A stretch of DNA of 64,000 nucleotides from Lama guanicoe (GCA_013239625.1 MU054831.1:1823408-1887407); one strand, 5' to 3'. Numbered from the stretch's first letter, positions 26,285-39,505 are shown. The notes: generated by a model from the sequence alone, not told the origin. Made by a program: numbers and translations.

Positions 26285-27178
26285 TGATTTCTTGCTTTGT
26301 GTCGGGTGTGCTGGGAGGAAAACGGGCTGAGAACCACTGGTTTTGCAGAGTCTGAAAAGTGGAGTTTGGACACTGGAGCTGGCCCAGGGCCCCCCGACCC
26401 TCGCCTGCAGTGGCCTGGGGTCGGCCTGGGGCCACACTTCAGTGTTAGGGGATCGGCCAGAGGCAGCCTTGAAAGTACTCGCTGTGAACGAGGTGGCCTC
26501 AGCCGCCCCCGGGGCCAGGGGCTTCGGCTCTGGCAGAGGGTGTGGGGGGAGTCTCCCCATAAGGGGGTCTTCAGCAGAGGCAGGTGGGTCCTGGTGGGTG
26601 GGAGGGGCGCCCTGGGTCCTGGGCACAGACCCACCCACTCAGTCTGGGTAACTTCCACCCCAGCTTCCCAGCCACCTGGAACCCAGACAGTCGCCACCCA
26701 TGGGCTTCCTTCCCCACCCCCGCCTTTGCCCCCTGCAGAGAGAGCCCCCAGGAGCTCCCCCACCCCTGCCCCCAGCCAGAGCCAGAGCGGCAGAGCAGGA
26801 GTCTGGGATCAGAACGCTGGGGTCCCGGGCGGGGCAGGGGAAGGGGCGTGCTGTGTGCCGTTTCCCCACGTCTCGGTGGCTGAGGCTGGAGAGGCCAGCT
26901 CTGCGCCAGCCCTGCCCCGGGCAGGAGTTCCCTTCCTGGGGACCCGGCTGCAGCGCGGCCCTCTCCCTCGTGCGCGTTCATCTTCTCCTTCGCTCACGCA
27001 CTCACACGGGCGTTCATTTGTTGGCTCACGCACTCAGGGAGTGCGTCCTCTGTGCTGGGCGCTCTGTAGGCCCTGAGCCCTTGGAGAGCATGGGCTGGCG
27101 GGGCTGTGAGGAGATGTGAGCTCTGACCTTGAGGGGGCCAGTCGTTCTGCTTCCTGAGCCCCAGTGCCCACTTTTTTT

Positions 27179-27200
27179 GAGAGAGAGAGAGAGAGAGAGA
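27179..27200 (+). repeat. (GA)11 microsatellite
   Basis: Perfect ga repeat following a T7 run. Confidence 0.95.
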
Positions 27201-27204
27201 AAAT

Positions 27205-27330
27205 GAAATTTATTGGCTCAGATAACTGAGAAGATCCCCCGGGGCATCAGGTACAGCTGGATCCGGGCCTTCAAGTCACCAGACGTCGGTCTCACGCCCC
27301 AGCTCTTGACCGGCTCCGGTTGCTGAAGAC
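27205..27330 (-). mobile_element. MaLR (MLT1-like) LTR fragment
   Basis: 'aatttattggctcagataactgagaag...catcaggtacagctggatccgggc' resembles the MLT1 motif 'tttattggctca..taactgaaaag...ggctggatccagg'. Confidence 0.5.
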
Positions 27331-30300
27331 TCTTGCTTTGCGCGGGCAGGTGGGCCCTGGCAGCCCCAGGCTGACGTCCCACCAGCACAGCAGCCTCGCC
27401 AAGCCACGCGCCTCTCACCTGTAAAGTGGGCGTGCGGCGCTCCGCGACCGTGAGCCCTGTTCCCCAAGACACACCTGGAACCCAGGAAGTGGGTGCCAGG
27501 GTGCGACCCAGAGGCTCCCCGCGGCCTGCCCTGTCCTGGGGCTGCTGCCGCCGAGGCCCTTTGTCCTGGCTGCGCACGGCACGTTTCTGCTCGCTCCTCA
27601 GTGTGGCTTTCTAAGCGGGGCCTACGTGCTTGGGACGCAGCCTCGGAAGCGAAGGGCATGTGCAGCTTGGCCCACAGGGGAGCAGCCCCGTTCCCCGTGG
27701 AGGGGCCGCGTGGGGTGCTCGCCCCCCGTGAAGGAGTGCTCATGAGGCAGGCTCTTCAGTATGTGTGACGTCCTCCCCTCAGGCCCCCAAAACACATCCA
27801 TGTCCTCTGAGCTGGGAGGGGTATTCACGGAGCCCAGGCCCCGCACCCCAAGTCATGGAGCGGGTCTCAGGAGGGGCAGGGTGGTCTAAGCTGGCTGGCT
27901 CCCAAGAAGGGGCCCAGGGCTCCCAGAGGACAGGGGGCACTGGGGGAGCCCAGAGGAAGAGGCTTGGATCCCACAGAAATGTCGAGAAATGAGACAGCGC
28001 CAGCGGGGGGCCCAGGGGAGAGGGTCCAGCCCAAGGCCAGGCAGAACTTTTTGGAAAGGAGCCTTCAAGGACCAGGACAGTGTGGACGGGGAGAGGGTCA
28101 GCAGCCTCGGAGGGAGGAGCTGAACGGGGCCAAGTGCGGAGTCTGCAGCAAGGCGTGGGGGCTGAGCGCCAGGTCCCTCCAGGACCCTCCAGCAGACGCG
28201 GCTCCTTCCAGGGTGGAGCCTGGTGCATGGAATGTTCTCCCCTCCCAGAGAGGCTGCCCATGGGTCCCATGATGGCACTGGCACTGCCGCCCACAGGCCG
28301 GTAACCCCCTCAACCATCGCTGGGTGTCCAGAGTCAGAGGGGGGTCCCCGAGTGCACTGTGCAGCCTCACGGCCCACCCACCTTTTCCTTTGCAACTGGG
28401 AGGGCCTGCCCAGCCCACCCTGGTGCTCCATGTCCATCCTCAAAGGGCCAGTGTCCGTCAGCCCACCAAGATCAGCACCCCGACTCCCGGACTCGAGAAG
28501 CAGAGGGTAGGGACGCAGAGATGGGAGGACCCTTACCCTGCCCGGGGCGGAGGCAGGGCGTCCGCCTCCAGGAGGTGGGTGAGGTTTAAGATAGGCGATG
28601 AGATGAGAGACGCCAGGGCACGGGTTCCTGGGGAAGAGTAAGCGCTGGGTGAGCAGGAGGTGGCTTTCCCGCCTGCTGAGCCACGACCTTCGCCTCATGG
28701 GACCCTCTGCAGCTCATCCAGCATTACCGTCCGTTGAAGCCCCCTCTACTGTTTGTGGTTTCTTTGTTGAAATGTTTTCCCATCGTCTCAGACCCACTCC
28801 TCCCCACAGGCGGCCGTGTGAGCGTAGTTGGTGTTTAGTTTGCAGCCGAGTGTGTTGCTGCAGAACGTGTACTGTGAGCGTGTGTCTGATTCATGTCCAT
28901 TCTGTTTCCTTTTTTTTTTTTCCAAGCTTTGTGCTTTAAAATCAGTTCTTGTGGCTACGAGGACACTTACTCAGATCCCTTCTTCCACTTGAGACTGGGT
29001 TTTAAACTTCCGGTGGTGGTACTAACCGGGAGAGGTCATGATCATCAGTGGCTGCATTCCAGATGCAGTGATGGGTGGTGACTGTCTCAGACGTTGGCCA
29101 CATTGCCCTAATTGGGTGTTCGAACGTGTACCGTGGGATCTCCCTTCCTCTTTTAATTGAATCCACGCGTTTCTAAATCAGGTGCAAAAACGCCTGGGTA
29201 GGTGGTGTGGTGGGTGTTGCCGCGTAGCCGGGCTGAGGTGGGCTGCAGACACCGGAGGGGCTGGTCTGTCCCCACCTTGGATGTTCCTGGAAGTCAGGGT
29301 TCGTCTTCTGATGGCAGGGACCTGGGAGAGGAGCCTGGCCTGGCGGCCTAGGAGGGCGGGGCCAGGGCTCAGCGGGAGGGTCGCGGGACCCCTTTGCTCC
29401 TAGAACAGCCCGAGGAGCAGTAGCTGCTCCAGAGGAAAGCCAGCACCCCCCAGCCCGTGGGGACTGGGGACGCAAGGCTGGTCCTTAATGCGTCAGGGCC
29501 CCTCTCTTGGCTTGAGCGTTCTGTGACCCGGCCGAGGCAGTGGTGGCCCTGGAACGCGGAGGCCAGCACAGGAGGCGCTCAATGGGGCGGGTGGAGGCCG
29601 GGCGCGCAGACAGCACGCCGCCGGGCCCCCCGGGCTCTGGCCAGGTCGGGGTCTGAATGTGCATTACCCTACCTTTTTTTTTTTATTATTATTTTGGCCT
29701 TTGCTTGCTGGATGATGAGCAAATTCAAAATAGTCAGATGATCTATGGCGTTAACGCAAACACTACCGTCTGTAACTTCCAAAACCGAAGTCCAGTGTCT
29801 TAGCAGAGCCCTCTCGCTCGTATTTGCACACACACACACCGATCCACGTGAGTTCATTGTACGAACGCTTGAATTCTTGGAGAGAAAGCCCCCACGTCCC
29901 CAGCATCACGTTCCCACGTGTTGGAACAGTTGCTGATGTGACAGGAACTGTCATGAAGCCGTTCCGAGCCCTGTGGTCACCTCAAGCCACGCCCAGGTTT
30001 CAGGGACGGCCCCGTGGAGGAGAGACGTGTGCTGCTCTCCGTGACTCAGTCGCTAAACAGGCCGTGAGGAGAATGTGTCACAAGACAGCAGGAGGCCTGG
30101 CACCTGCACCCCCTCTCCTGCCCCCGTCCTGCCCCCTAGGCCATCCTGCCCTCCGGTCGGCTCCCTGAGGGGCACCCCCCCCCCAGGACCAGAGCAGGCC
30201 AAGCAGCCCCTCCCAGCAGCCTCTCTCCTTGGTCTTCACTTCCCTGCCTGCCTGGTCCCCCGCCCGCCTGCAGACCTGCTTACTCCCAGCTGTGGGCCAG

Positions 30301-31737
30301 CAGTCAGGGCACACGGAAGAGCCCAGCAGACGTGCCCTGGCCTCACAGGGTTAGGGGCTGGAGGCCACGTGGCTCTGTCGAGCAGCAGCTTAACTGATGT
30401 TGAAAATGCGCAGGAACCGGAGTCAGAGCCACAGATCCAGGCGGGGCAGGGGACGACACGTGACCCGGAGCAGAGCCGGGCTGCGGTGCGCAGGGAGAAG
30501 CAGGCCCAGGTGGGACACACTGTCCAGGCACCTTGGGGGTGGCAGGGAGGGGCAGCCAGCTGTGCGTCGCTGCCCCGCACTGCGTGTGGGGGGCAGAGCT
30601 CACCTCTGAGAGCAACCGGAAGGCGCAGGGCCGGGCCTGGTCTAGAGTGTGGTCCAGGCCTGGAGCCGGGACAAGGTGGGCACAGACCTCCCCGGAAATG
30701 CTGGACCCGTGAGCGCACCAGGTCTGTGACCGCGTCCTGCTTCCTTCCTGGGGCCCCAGGAGCGCGGCTCACGAGTGTCCCCAGCGGAGCTGGTGCCCCG
30801 GGCCCGGCAGAGGGTGGTGGGAGCAGTGAGCCTTCCTGCGCTGGGCGTGGCTGTGCCCCTCCGGGGAAGTGGGGTGCAGAGCTGGGCTGTGGAATCTGCC
30901 ATGAAAGGGCCAGGGGCCGCAGTGGGAGGGAGGCGTAAGGGCGGGCAGGAAGCAGCTTGGCTGAACGGGGAGGCTCTCTGGGCTGGGGGCGGCGGCCAGT
31001 TAGAGCCTGGGCTGCGCACTCTGCTGTGGGGAAGGCCCTCTGGTCCCTCAGGACAGGTGGGTTTTAGGCCAGTCCTCAGCCAGCACTGGGATCACACTGA
31101 GGAAGAAGACAGTCCCTGTCCTGGTGGGGGGGACAGGCCTGTGCCTCTTGGTCGGGGGCTGGCTTCTGCAGCGTGGGCCCCAGCAGGCCTTCCTGCGTGG
31201 CCAGCTGCAGGGCCATGTGGTCTCAGCTGTGCCCCACCGCGTGAACTTGGAACACCTGTAGGTGGGGAGGGGCTGCTGCCGTTAGTCACATTCCAGAAAG
31301 ACCCCTCCATACGTGAAGGGCTCGCTCCGATGTTTAACCCCAGGCCCCTCCCTTGTTCACAGCTGGGGAGGGCGGCTGGGGCCAGTGTCGGGGGCAGGGG
31401 GGCGCTGAACGCTGCCTTTCAGGTTGGTCCACGCGAGGTGCAGGAGCGTGGGCTGGAGGCAGGAGCCCCCCGTGGGGTCTCCCTGCCCCTTAAGGAGTGG
31501 GCCATTGCCATGGAGAATCACGGTCCTATGCGAGGGCTGGACCCACAGATGCTGCGCTGGCAGCAGCCCACAGTGAGGCAGTGGTGCCTCCGAGCCCTTT
31601 GCCCCTCGGCGCTCTGGCACCCGGGGTGTCTTGCACGAGCCCCAGAGTGCCTGTGGGCCCCACCAGCACCATGCTCCCTGCAGGCCGCGCGCCCAGTGAC
31701 CCTGCCCGCCCGACCTTGGCTCTCTTTCTCCCCGCAG

Positions 31738-31784
31738 GCTCCCTAACGTCGGTGTTTGTCAGGCTGCCCTGTGGTGGTGTCGGG
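31738..31784 (+). CDS. HDAC4: HDAC4 short coding exon (~exon 17), with the fourth structural Zn ligand (RLPCGG)
   Basis: ctccccgcag|GCTCCC ... GTCGGG|gtaagt; 47 nt; (G)SLTSVFVRLPCGGVG. Confidence 0.95.
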
Positions 31785-34700
31785 GTAAGTTTTTCTTTAA
31801 TGTGTAAATCACGTCCTGGTGGTTCCAGGGTCCCAGTGGTCACAGAATCGCAGCCCTGCTTTCTGCAGAGCAGGTCATTACTGCCAGGTGTTTTCCATAA
31901 ACAGGGTCTGGGGGTGGGGCTGCCCCACCGCTCACACATGTGGCTTCAAAGGCCCTGTGAGCCTGTAAGCGTTTTGCTGGCGGGTCTGGGTCACCTTCCT
32001 CCGGGAAGGTCGTCTGGCACCACGGCTCGCTTTGGGAAACGGGATCTGGTGTGCGGGCCGTCCCCGTCCGACCCGCAGAGCCGTAGTCCACTCATCTCGA
32101 CGCAGGTCGTGAATCCATCACCAAGCAGGGTGTGTGTTGATCTCAGATCTGACCTCCAACCCGAAGCCCCAGGTGCAGCTCTGACCGCGGGGCACGGTGT
32201 TCCTGGGCCACGTGGGGTGGGCAGAGCTGCTTCAGAGCCGGAGCTCTCAAGCAGACCTGGGCAGGTGGACACTTAGGAGAACCAGCCTCTTTACTTACCT
32301 CGGGCTTCCCTGCCCGTGATGGGGGTGCTGAACCAGTCGGGCCTCCCCCATCTCTGCAGCGGAGGTTCCCCACCTCCGGCTTCTCCTTTATCGAGAAGGG
32401 GCCACCCCCACCTGCCGTCCCCCGATGAGGTAGGGGTGGAGGCGAGACCAGTCCCCTCCCAGCCAGTCTCTGGCCATGGAGCTTCCCAGCCTGGGAAGTG
32501 CTGCTCCCGTCACAGGGAGGCCAGAGGACCGCAGGGACAACAAAGCCACCCCGGCCGGAACCGCGCAGCAACTGGTGTGCGCGTAATTACAGATCGCAGG
32601 GTGAGGCTCCGGGTCTGGATTCTGTTACAAAAATGAAACGAAATTGTTTTCTTCCTGAGTCCTTAGAAAAATCGCTGCTTTGAAAATTACCCTGTCAGAA
32701 AGAGAATAAACGGTGTTCACTCAAACCACCACCAAGCCTTCTCGAGTTACTCTATTTTGTGTTGTAAATAGGCTGCAATCTCTTAATTCGGGGCAAATTT
32801 TTGGCCAGACTTGAAAAGGCTTGGATTCGCGCTGCCCTGCAGCAGCCTGCCGTGCAGGGCAGGATTTACAATTCGCAAATGAAAACTAAATGAGAACTCG
32901 GGCCTGGGGCCTTGGGCCCGCCGCCCCTCCCCGGCACGAAGTCCAGGTCCAGCCCAGTAGGCTGACCAGCGGCCACCTTCACATCTCGGCACAAAAATGC
33001 CCTGGAGCACGGAGGTGCGCAGAGTTCCCCGAGTCCAGGTGGGCCGAGAGGCCAGCCCGTCGGAGTAATCAGCGGAAAGCGTGAACCGGAGGCTGTCTGA
33101 AAGGACTGTCCACCTGCCAGTGTTCTCTGTGATTACCCCTAATCGGGGGTGGAGACTCAACCCCAGTGCCAGCTCGGCCGCCCGGGCTCAGCGGGGACTG
33201 AGCCGCTGGAGCAGTGCAGCCCTCCTGGGCCTCGGCGCCTCCTTCCGGAGCCAGAGGCCAGCCCTGGGGTGTCGGGCAGCGGGGGGGCCGCAGCGCCCGA
33301 GCGGGCGGGAAGGCGCAGGTCGAGTGGTGAGACGGGAGGGACAGCTGCTTCTCCCTTCCCGAGAACCACCTGAACGGACATTGGGGTGTGTGACGGCGTT
33401 CCAGGCGTTCTCCTTTCTTCCCCAAGCCCAGTAAGAGAAGCTTCTACTTTGCTCAGCTCCTCATTGATGCCAGTTTCCCCTTACTGAGGATTTGATGTCG
33501 GTGAAGTGCCCTCCCAGCCCTCCCCTGGCCGGGTCCCTGCCCCGGGGGCGGCCCCTCACAGGCCCCGTGGCTTCCAAGGCCCACGGCATGCCCACAGTGT
33601 GGCCACCCCCGTGCGCCCCGTGAGCCTCTGTGAGGGGCCTCCCCTCACCGTCCGTCCTCGCCTGCCCCCGGCCTCCGCTGTGCGGAGCTGCGGGACACTT
33701 GCTCCTTCCTGTGGTCCCAGCTCCCGCATTGCGGGTCGCCCCAACTCTCCTTGGAGTTGGAGCCTCATACTTCGGGGACTCAGGGCTCCAACCCGACCAT
33801 CCCAGGTTGGTCCGTGGGGAGCTGGTGGCCAGCAGCCGGAGGACTTAGGCCCCAAAGCAGTGGAAAGTCTTGTCGGGTGTCTGGAGACAGTGGCAGCCCA
33901 CAGTCTCGTGGCAGGGCTGGGGGTCTGTCCCTCACTCTGGGCGGGATGTCACAGGAACTCCTGGCCCTGGGGGTCCTGCAGGAGGATCACTGAGCACAGA
34001 GACCCTTCAAAGCACGTGAAGGGTCAGAGCAGCTCCCCTCTGGGCTCTGGTTACTTAGCCTCAAACCCAAATTACTGCATTTTGAGGAGAAATCACCTGA
34101 GTAGTTTTGCCCAACGCCCTTCGGTCCCCAGGGGTGCGGCCTCCCCGCCGGCCCAGGCGCTATGGGACCCCCCGCCCGCCCGCACCGCCCGCACCGCCAG
34201 CTCTCGCTTGGACTTTTCTGAACTGGTTCTTCGGCTGCAGTAACTGGCCCAGCGTGTTCCCACGGGCCGGCCACGTCAGCGAGTAGCAGCGCGCTGTTAC
34301 TTACAACAGAAGCCACTCTCTGAAGTTGACTATTAATGCTGTGGAGAGTGGGCGAAGCACAGAGTGTTCTTTGGACATTTGGAAACTATTTAAAGCAAAT
34401 AGCGGTTTGGTCACTGAAAAGAAGAGCCCTGGCGCAGACGCTCCGCAGGAAGCGGCTTGAACCGCTCGTGAGTGTATTTTAGATCATCGGCTTTGAAGAT
34501 GAAGCTTCAAGACTTCGTGGAAAGAAATCCGCCCGCCCCACGTGATGATTGGTGCCTGGCAGGTGGGCAGGGGCCTGTGCGCCTGGACGCGGCTGAGCCG
34601 GGAAAGGGGGCGCGGGCCCTCGCGTGCAGCTCCGCCTCCGTGTCGGAGCCCCACACGTGCAGTGCTCAGTCAAGAGGGCGACGCAGGAAGGGGCTCTCGC

Positions 34701-35425
34701 ACGGGCCCGGCAGGCTCTGTCCCAGGTGAGCGAGCCGCCACTTGCTGCACGGCTTCTCAGAGCCTTCCCCAGGCTCGGGCATCCCCAAGAGGGGCGTGTG
34801 AGTCCCCAGTGTGTGGCCGAGGCACCAGCGCCCCACCCTGCCCTGGCCCTGACAGTGTGAGCGCCCTTGACATGGAGCCAGGGGCTCCTGCTTCTTGGTG
34901 GCCCCTGATCTCCGGCTCCCAGGACCCCCGGGAGCCCCGCTGCCCCCAGAACCAGCCACCGAGGTCTGTCTGTCCTCTTTCTCACCCATGTTAGCCAGAG
35001 TTTAAAGAAAGCAATCTGATGCGAATAAAGAAATAAACCAGGGCGCAGACAGAAACCGCCTGACCTGTTTGTGCCACGCGTGTTCTCTGTTTGAAGGGGA
35101 ACAGCTGTCTGGGCGGACGGTGGTGTGTGGTCCACCAGGCCGTGTCCGAGAGAGCCCGCCTGAGTCTCCTCAGCGCCCCACGCGCCCGGCGCACGCTTGG
35201 GGCTTCCACTTACGTTCTGCATAAAACCAAGTTGCAATCTGGAGAGACCTCTGATTCTAATTCTTCTTCCAGTTGCTTTTGTGATTGTTGCTGTGACTCC
35301 GCTGCAGTTGCAGCTAAACGGGGGGGGGGGGACTAGGCAGTCTCGACACCCTTGATGTCAGCACTCAGCACCCAGTGTGCTAGAGCAACTGAGAGAAGAA
35401 ACGACGCCTCAGAAGGGGGTGAAAA

Positions 35426-35516
35426 CCTGGGCTCGTTCCCTGCTACCTCCTCTAAAAAACAAATAAATAAATAAACCTAATTACCTCCCCTCCACCAAAA
35501 AAAAAAAGAAAAAAAA
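35426..35516 (+). mobile_element. 5'-truncated tRNA-derived SINE (camelid vic-1-like) with 15-bp TSD
   Basis: B-box remnant 'cctgggctcgttccc', then 'aaataaataaataaacctaattacctcccc' and an A tail; flanked by agaagggggtgaaaa (35411-35425) and agaaggggataaaaa (35517-35531). Confidence 0.75.
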
Positions 35517-35640
35517 AGAAGGGGATAAAAATACGTGCGTGCTATTTTTGGCGCGTTCACAGTTTTTCTGTTTAGTTTTTGGGGGTGTGTCTTCCAAACA
35601 AAAGTAAGCTCAAATGTGAGCTGAGTATGTTCTGTGATGA

Positions 35641-36033
<393 letters not shown>

Positions 36034-36054
36034 TGAAAACATACATATTAGTGG

Positions 36055-37040
36055 AGCCATTCTCCATGAATTTGGTCCTGGGGACACTTTAATATCTTAA
36101 AAATTGTTGAACAACCTCAAAGTTTTTGTTTTTATGAGTAATGTCGTCAGCATTGATCATTCATGAGAAATTAAAACAGACTTTTCAAAGAGTTACTAAC
36201 TTAAAAATCATAAGAATGCCTGGCTGAGGCGCTCAGCTGGACTCTGCTGTCCACGCCCACCTCTGGTTGCCCGGCTGAAGGACGTGAGGAACCTCTCGCC
36301 TCGCCCCCTGGCAGGACTGGGAGCGGGGCCATGTTGTAACAGCCTTCTCTGGTAATTGTGGACATTCAGCCTTGAGGCTACACCAGGATTCCACAAGGAT
36401 GGTTTCGGGAAGAAGAGTCGCCACGTGGAACCTAGAACAGTGGCAGCGAGCTCCTCCTTCTGCTGCGCGTTGAGCGGGTCTCTTCTCCGGGCCTGACGTT
36501 TGCAGCGTGGTGTGCTGGTCGCCGGGGCGTCGGGGCTCCCCGGCTGTGTGGGCCTTCCAAATCATGGCGCGGTTTATTGTACAGTATCCAAAACGTCACT
36601 CATCTTTGAGGCTGTGAGTGTCACCAGCCCCGTCACCAGAAGGGTCTCCTCCGTGCCGGGAAGGGCTGGGCTGCTCCCAGGACGGGTCTCCCGAGTTCTC
36701 ACCTCACCCAGAAGCTCAGGTCCCTGAGCTGACAGCCCCGCTGGTCATTTACCCGCCTACCCGTCTCTCCACCTGGATGCTACAAAGATGTGTGTCCAAG
36801 GCTGCAGGTTAACGACGTGGGCCAGTTTCCCTGCTCCATCAGGGCGCTCTCAGTGGGGCTACCTTTTCCCCTCAGATGGGCAGGCTCGTGCCTCATGCTG
36901 GCCACAGCCCCAGCGCCCCCACCATCGCGTTCACAGTGTCGGTGCAGCTGCCAGCTCGGCGGGAAAGGCACATCCAGCCTTGGGACTGCTTTGAAAATTG
37001 GGACCCCCAGGGGTCTGCATCTGCGCTCTCAGAACCGAGG
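36055..37040 (-). mobile_element. hAT-Charlie DNA transposon fossil (Charlie1/1a-like)
   Basis: 'ggtcctgggacactttaatatcttaaaaattgttga', 'agaaattaaaac', 'taattgtggacattc..ctacacca', 'ccttccaaat', 'tattgtacagtatccaaaa' and terminal 'ggacccccaggggtc..agaaccg' occur in Charlie1 order. Confidence 0.7.
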
Positions 37041-37858
37041 CACAGGGTCCTGTGTGGAAACAGGGTGATGTCTGTGCCACGTGGGGCTCCCTCTGAGTGC
37101 GCCTCTCACCCTGCCCCCCCGCGAACTGCACTCTGCAGCAGACTGAGCCCGCTTCCCGCAGCCCGGTCATCGCGGTCAGCCGGCCCTCGGGGCTCTGTTA
37201 CCAACCTCGACCACACAGCTTCCTGTTGCCAGTGAGACCCGGGGATGCCGATCCAAACCACCCTTAGTAGAGCGGCTGCAGGATGGTTTGCAGATGGTTC
37301 TTTCAAAGCAGAGGCGGCTATGGGTCCTGGGGAGGCTGTGAGCTCCTCTCCAGCTGCCGAGCGCTTTCTTCTAAATGTCAGTGCTTGTTCTCCGCATTGC
37401 CCGGTCCCCTGGAAACTGAGCTGCAGCCACAGCAGAGATGCTTACGTTAGGGCCAAACCAGGGTGCGTCTGCGGCGGCCAAGCCCCTTTCTCTTCATCTG
37501 CATCCACGGTTCCTGCCAAGTTGCTCTCTGCGGATGCTGGTTATGGTCAGGGGACCCAGGGTGCCCCTTCCTCTCCCACCCAGATTCCCTGCCTTCCCGG
37601 CAGGCCGTCAAAGCTCGAAAGTCAGGGATGAGCTCACGGTTTATCTTAGTAACTTATGATCACCAAGAGGCCTCTAGGAGAAGGCAACGCTCACAGCCGC
37701 CCTGTGTCCTGTTCTGCGTCCATGTGCCGGGATGCAGCGGGAAACCGCGTTCTCACGCAGACTGCGAACATGCTCAAGTTCAGTCTGTGTCATTTTCTTA
37801 CTGATCTGAAACCAGTCTTTCCTCCCTGTCTCTCCCCACCTTTCGGTGTCGTGTGCAG

Positions 37859-37914
37859 AACGGCTTTGCTGTGGTCCGCCCCCCCGGCCACCACGCAGAG
37901 GAGAACACACCCAT
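37859..37914 (+). CDS. HDAC4: HDAC4 coding exon (~exon 19): catalytic His pair RPPGHHA
   Basis: gtgtgcag|AACGGC ... ACACCCAT|gtaagt; 56 nt; [18 protein letters not shown](M). Confidence 0.96.
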
Positions 37915-39505
37915 GTAAGTAGACACAGGGTCGCTCACAGGGGCCCGGGGCGCCTGAGCCCTTCCTCAAAGGGCTGGGGCGCGCTCTGGGGAAGAGGGTG
38001 ATGGGCCGCCCTTCGTCGGCCCCTTCTGTGACGTGTGCACGGCTAGGGTTCCCGAGACCCCGGTCCAGCAGGAAGTCGCCGAACATGCAGCTCCAGGGTG
38101 GGGTGATTGGTTTGGTGAAGAGGTGAAGGGAGGGGTGCACAGAATGAAGGCAGGCACCTGCAGGAGTTCGTGTGGAGAAATCTTCTCATTGTAAAGCCTC
38201 GGAGAGGAAGCCTCAGTTGTCCCGCAGCGAGTAGCGCTGCTTATGGTTTGGGACTGAGGCTGAAATCCCAAGGTCAGGACCCACAGGATCAGCTCTCTGG
38301 ACGCCCCTGACCGTGCACGTGCACGAGGTGCTGGCTGAGGCAGCAGCACGACATGCAGGTTCTGGCGGAGGAGACCCAGCGCAGGGGCGGGCGCAACTGG
38401 GGCCAGGACGCAGGCTTGGTCGGCCGCCGTGGCCGAGTGGGCACAGGGAACACTCCAGGGAACGTGCTGTGAGCACCGGAGATGGAGAGCACGTGCTGGG
38501 GGAAGTCAGGGCGGGGACGTGGGGCTGCGCCGGGAAGGGCAGGCAGTGGTCTGTCAGGGGGCAGGGACGCTGGGACAAGCCGGTGGTGCAGGGGCGGAGC
38601 CGTGGGAGCAGGAAGCCGGGGTTTCCTCGGCCGCCTCAGATCCCACCTGCCAGCTGCAGGGCCGTGCTTCAGAGGCTCCCCTTGCCTTGGGGGACCAGCG
38701 GTGACGCCCAAGGGCAGTCTCCCCAGGAAACTTGAGTAGCCGATTCCCCGGCCCCATCGGTCTGCGCCACCGAGGGGCGGGTGCTGATGGTCGCATTTCT
38801 CTGGAGTTACCTTTCTAACTAGAGTCTGAGTTGCTGGATGTTCTGTGTCGTGAGCACGGGTGGGTGGGGTGGGAGGCTGAGGAATGTCCCCCGGGGTCTC
38901 CCGGGGGTTTCAGAGGCCACAGCATTTACAGCCGTGGAGGCAGCACGGCCGGAGGGGTCGTGCGTGCTGGGCGCGAGGGCTTCCAGAAGGCTCGCCTGGA
39001 TCCCGAAGACGAAACCACCCCAGTGCCTGGCCCCAGTGGAAATTCAGGCAAAGGGACGTTTGGGCTTAGGGGAGTTCCACGTCCTTTGATGCACTTTCTC
39101 AGCTTGTTCCCTCGCTCTCTCGAGGACCCTCGAGAAGCATTATTGCACGTCCTAGAACATGGACAGTTAAGCAGTGAGCAGACAAAATAAGTGACTTCTG
39201 TGTTCTGTGGGCCAGCGTGTCTCGGGAGAGGCCAGTCAGTAAGTGTCCTGGGGGCCTGCTGAGAGTGACAGAGCGAAGTGGGCTCTGTCACCTTGGGAGC
39301 ACTGGGTGCCTGCCTGCGGGGACTGCGTGTCTGTCTGCCTGTCTGTCGATTATAAGATAAGGTTTCCTAACTGCTTGATCAGGAAACGTGCATTCACCAG
39401 ACCTTCTTAGACCTCATGGGATTCTGGAATGTTCTATGGCAGGTTGTATAAAAACTAATCAAAACCCGTATCTTTTCCCCCATTTCTCCTGATTTGTAAC
39501 TGCAG

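Noticed and set aside
29705-29800. Possible intronic C/D-box snoRNA (ATGATGA)
   Set aside because: There is no suitably placed CTGA D box or terminal stem.
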